Under the pieces are notes generated by a model. It searched no databases, had not been told where the DNA came from, and saw only the letters and a program-made list of their open reading frames with translations. Positions 63,715-64,000 of a stretch of 64,000 bases of DNA are shown here, one piece after another. The stretch covers positions 50,449,833 to 50,513,832 of the forward strand of contig NC_068983.1 in NCBI RefSeq assembly GCF_001194135.2. The letters run 5' to 3'. The position numbers were made by a program, and so were the translations under genes. Numbering within the stretch: position 1 is the first letter of the stretch; each line of letters opens with the position of its first letter. This DNA comes from Octopus bimaculoides (taxonomy: Eukaryota).

Positions 63715-64000
63715 AGAGATTTATCATGGGGGTATCTGCTGAGAGGCCTACGCAAGTTTCCTGAGAGTTTATGGAGATGAGTGTATGAACCGAACACAAG
63801 TGTACGAGTGGTTCAGACGTTACGAAGATAGCCGAAAAATGTCTAAATTGATGAACGTTCTTGGAGACGCGCAACCAGCAGAACTGGGGAAAATATTTCA
63901 GATGCGCGTGTAGCTGAGAGGGGAACCATAATCCGTGAATCATCAGAGGACGTGCAGATTAGTTATGGTTCAGTTGAGTCCATTATAACAGAGGATTTGG
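63715..64000 (+). mobile_element. Mariner transposase N-terminal HTH remnant, frameshifted, running off the window end
   Basis: VYGDECMNRTQVYEWFRRYEDSR and TIRESSEDVQISYGSVESIITEDL match the Mos1/SETMAR-type HTH1 and HTH2 motifs. Confidence 0.85.

Overview
AT-rich, microsatellite-dense animal genomic DNA from a gapped draft assembly (about 19 N-runs, many flanked by (TA)n/(CA)n). I find no supportable protein-coding host gene, tRNA, rRNA or CRISPR array; almost all listed ORFs are microsatellite, gap or TE artefacts. The repeat families match what I recall of octopus SINEs and LINEs, so an Octopus-like cephalopod source is inferred but not proven. Explained content: (1) about 10 decayed fragments of R4/Dong-clade non-LTR retrotransposons (RT, CCHC knuckle, PD-(D/E)xK endonuclease), several sitting in (TAA)n arrays, including a same-orientation stack at 42.7-47 kb; (2) more than 20 copies of two main tRNA-derived SINE families plus two rarer ones; (3) a mariner MITE, a hAT MITE, a mariner transposase remnant and a Helitron-like 5' end. 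The most notable unexplained signals are two minimal type-I hammerhead-ribozyme-like motifs (7463-7502 and 61175-61215, the latter inside a near-perfect ~145-bp-arm foldback), a 173-bp inverted duplication bracketing 2.7 kb, and two apparent microhomology-joined retroelement chimeras. TE boundaries were set by eye and are approximate.
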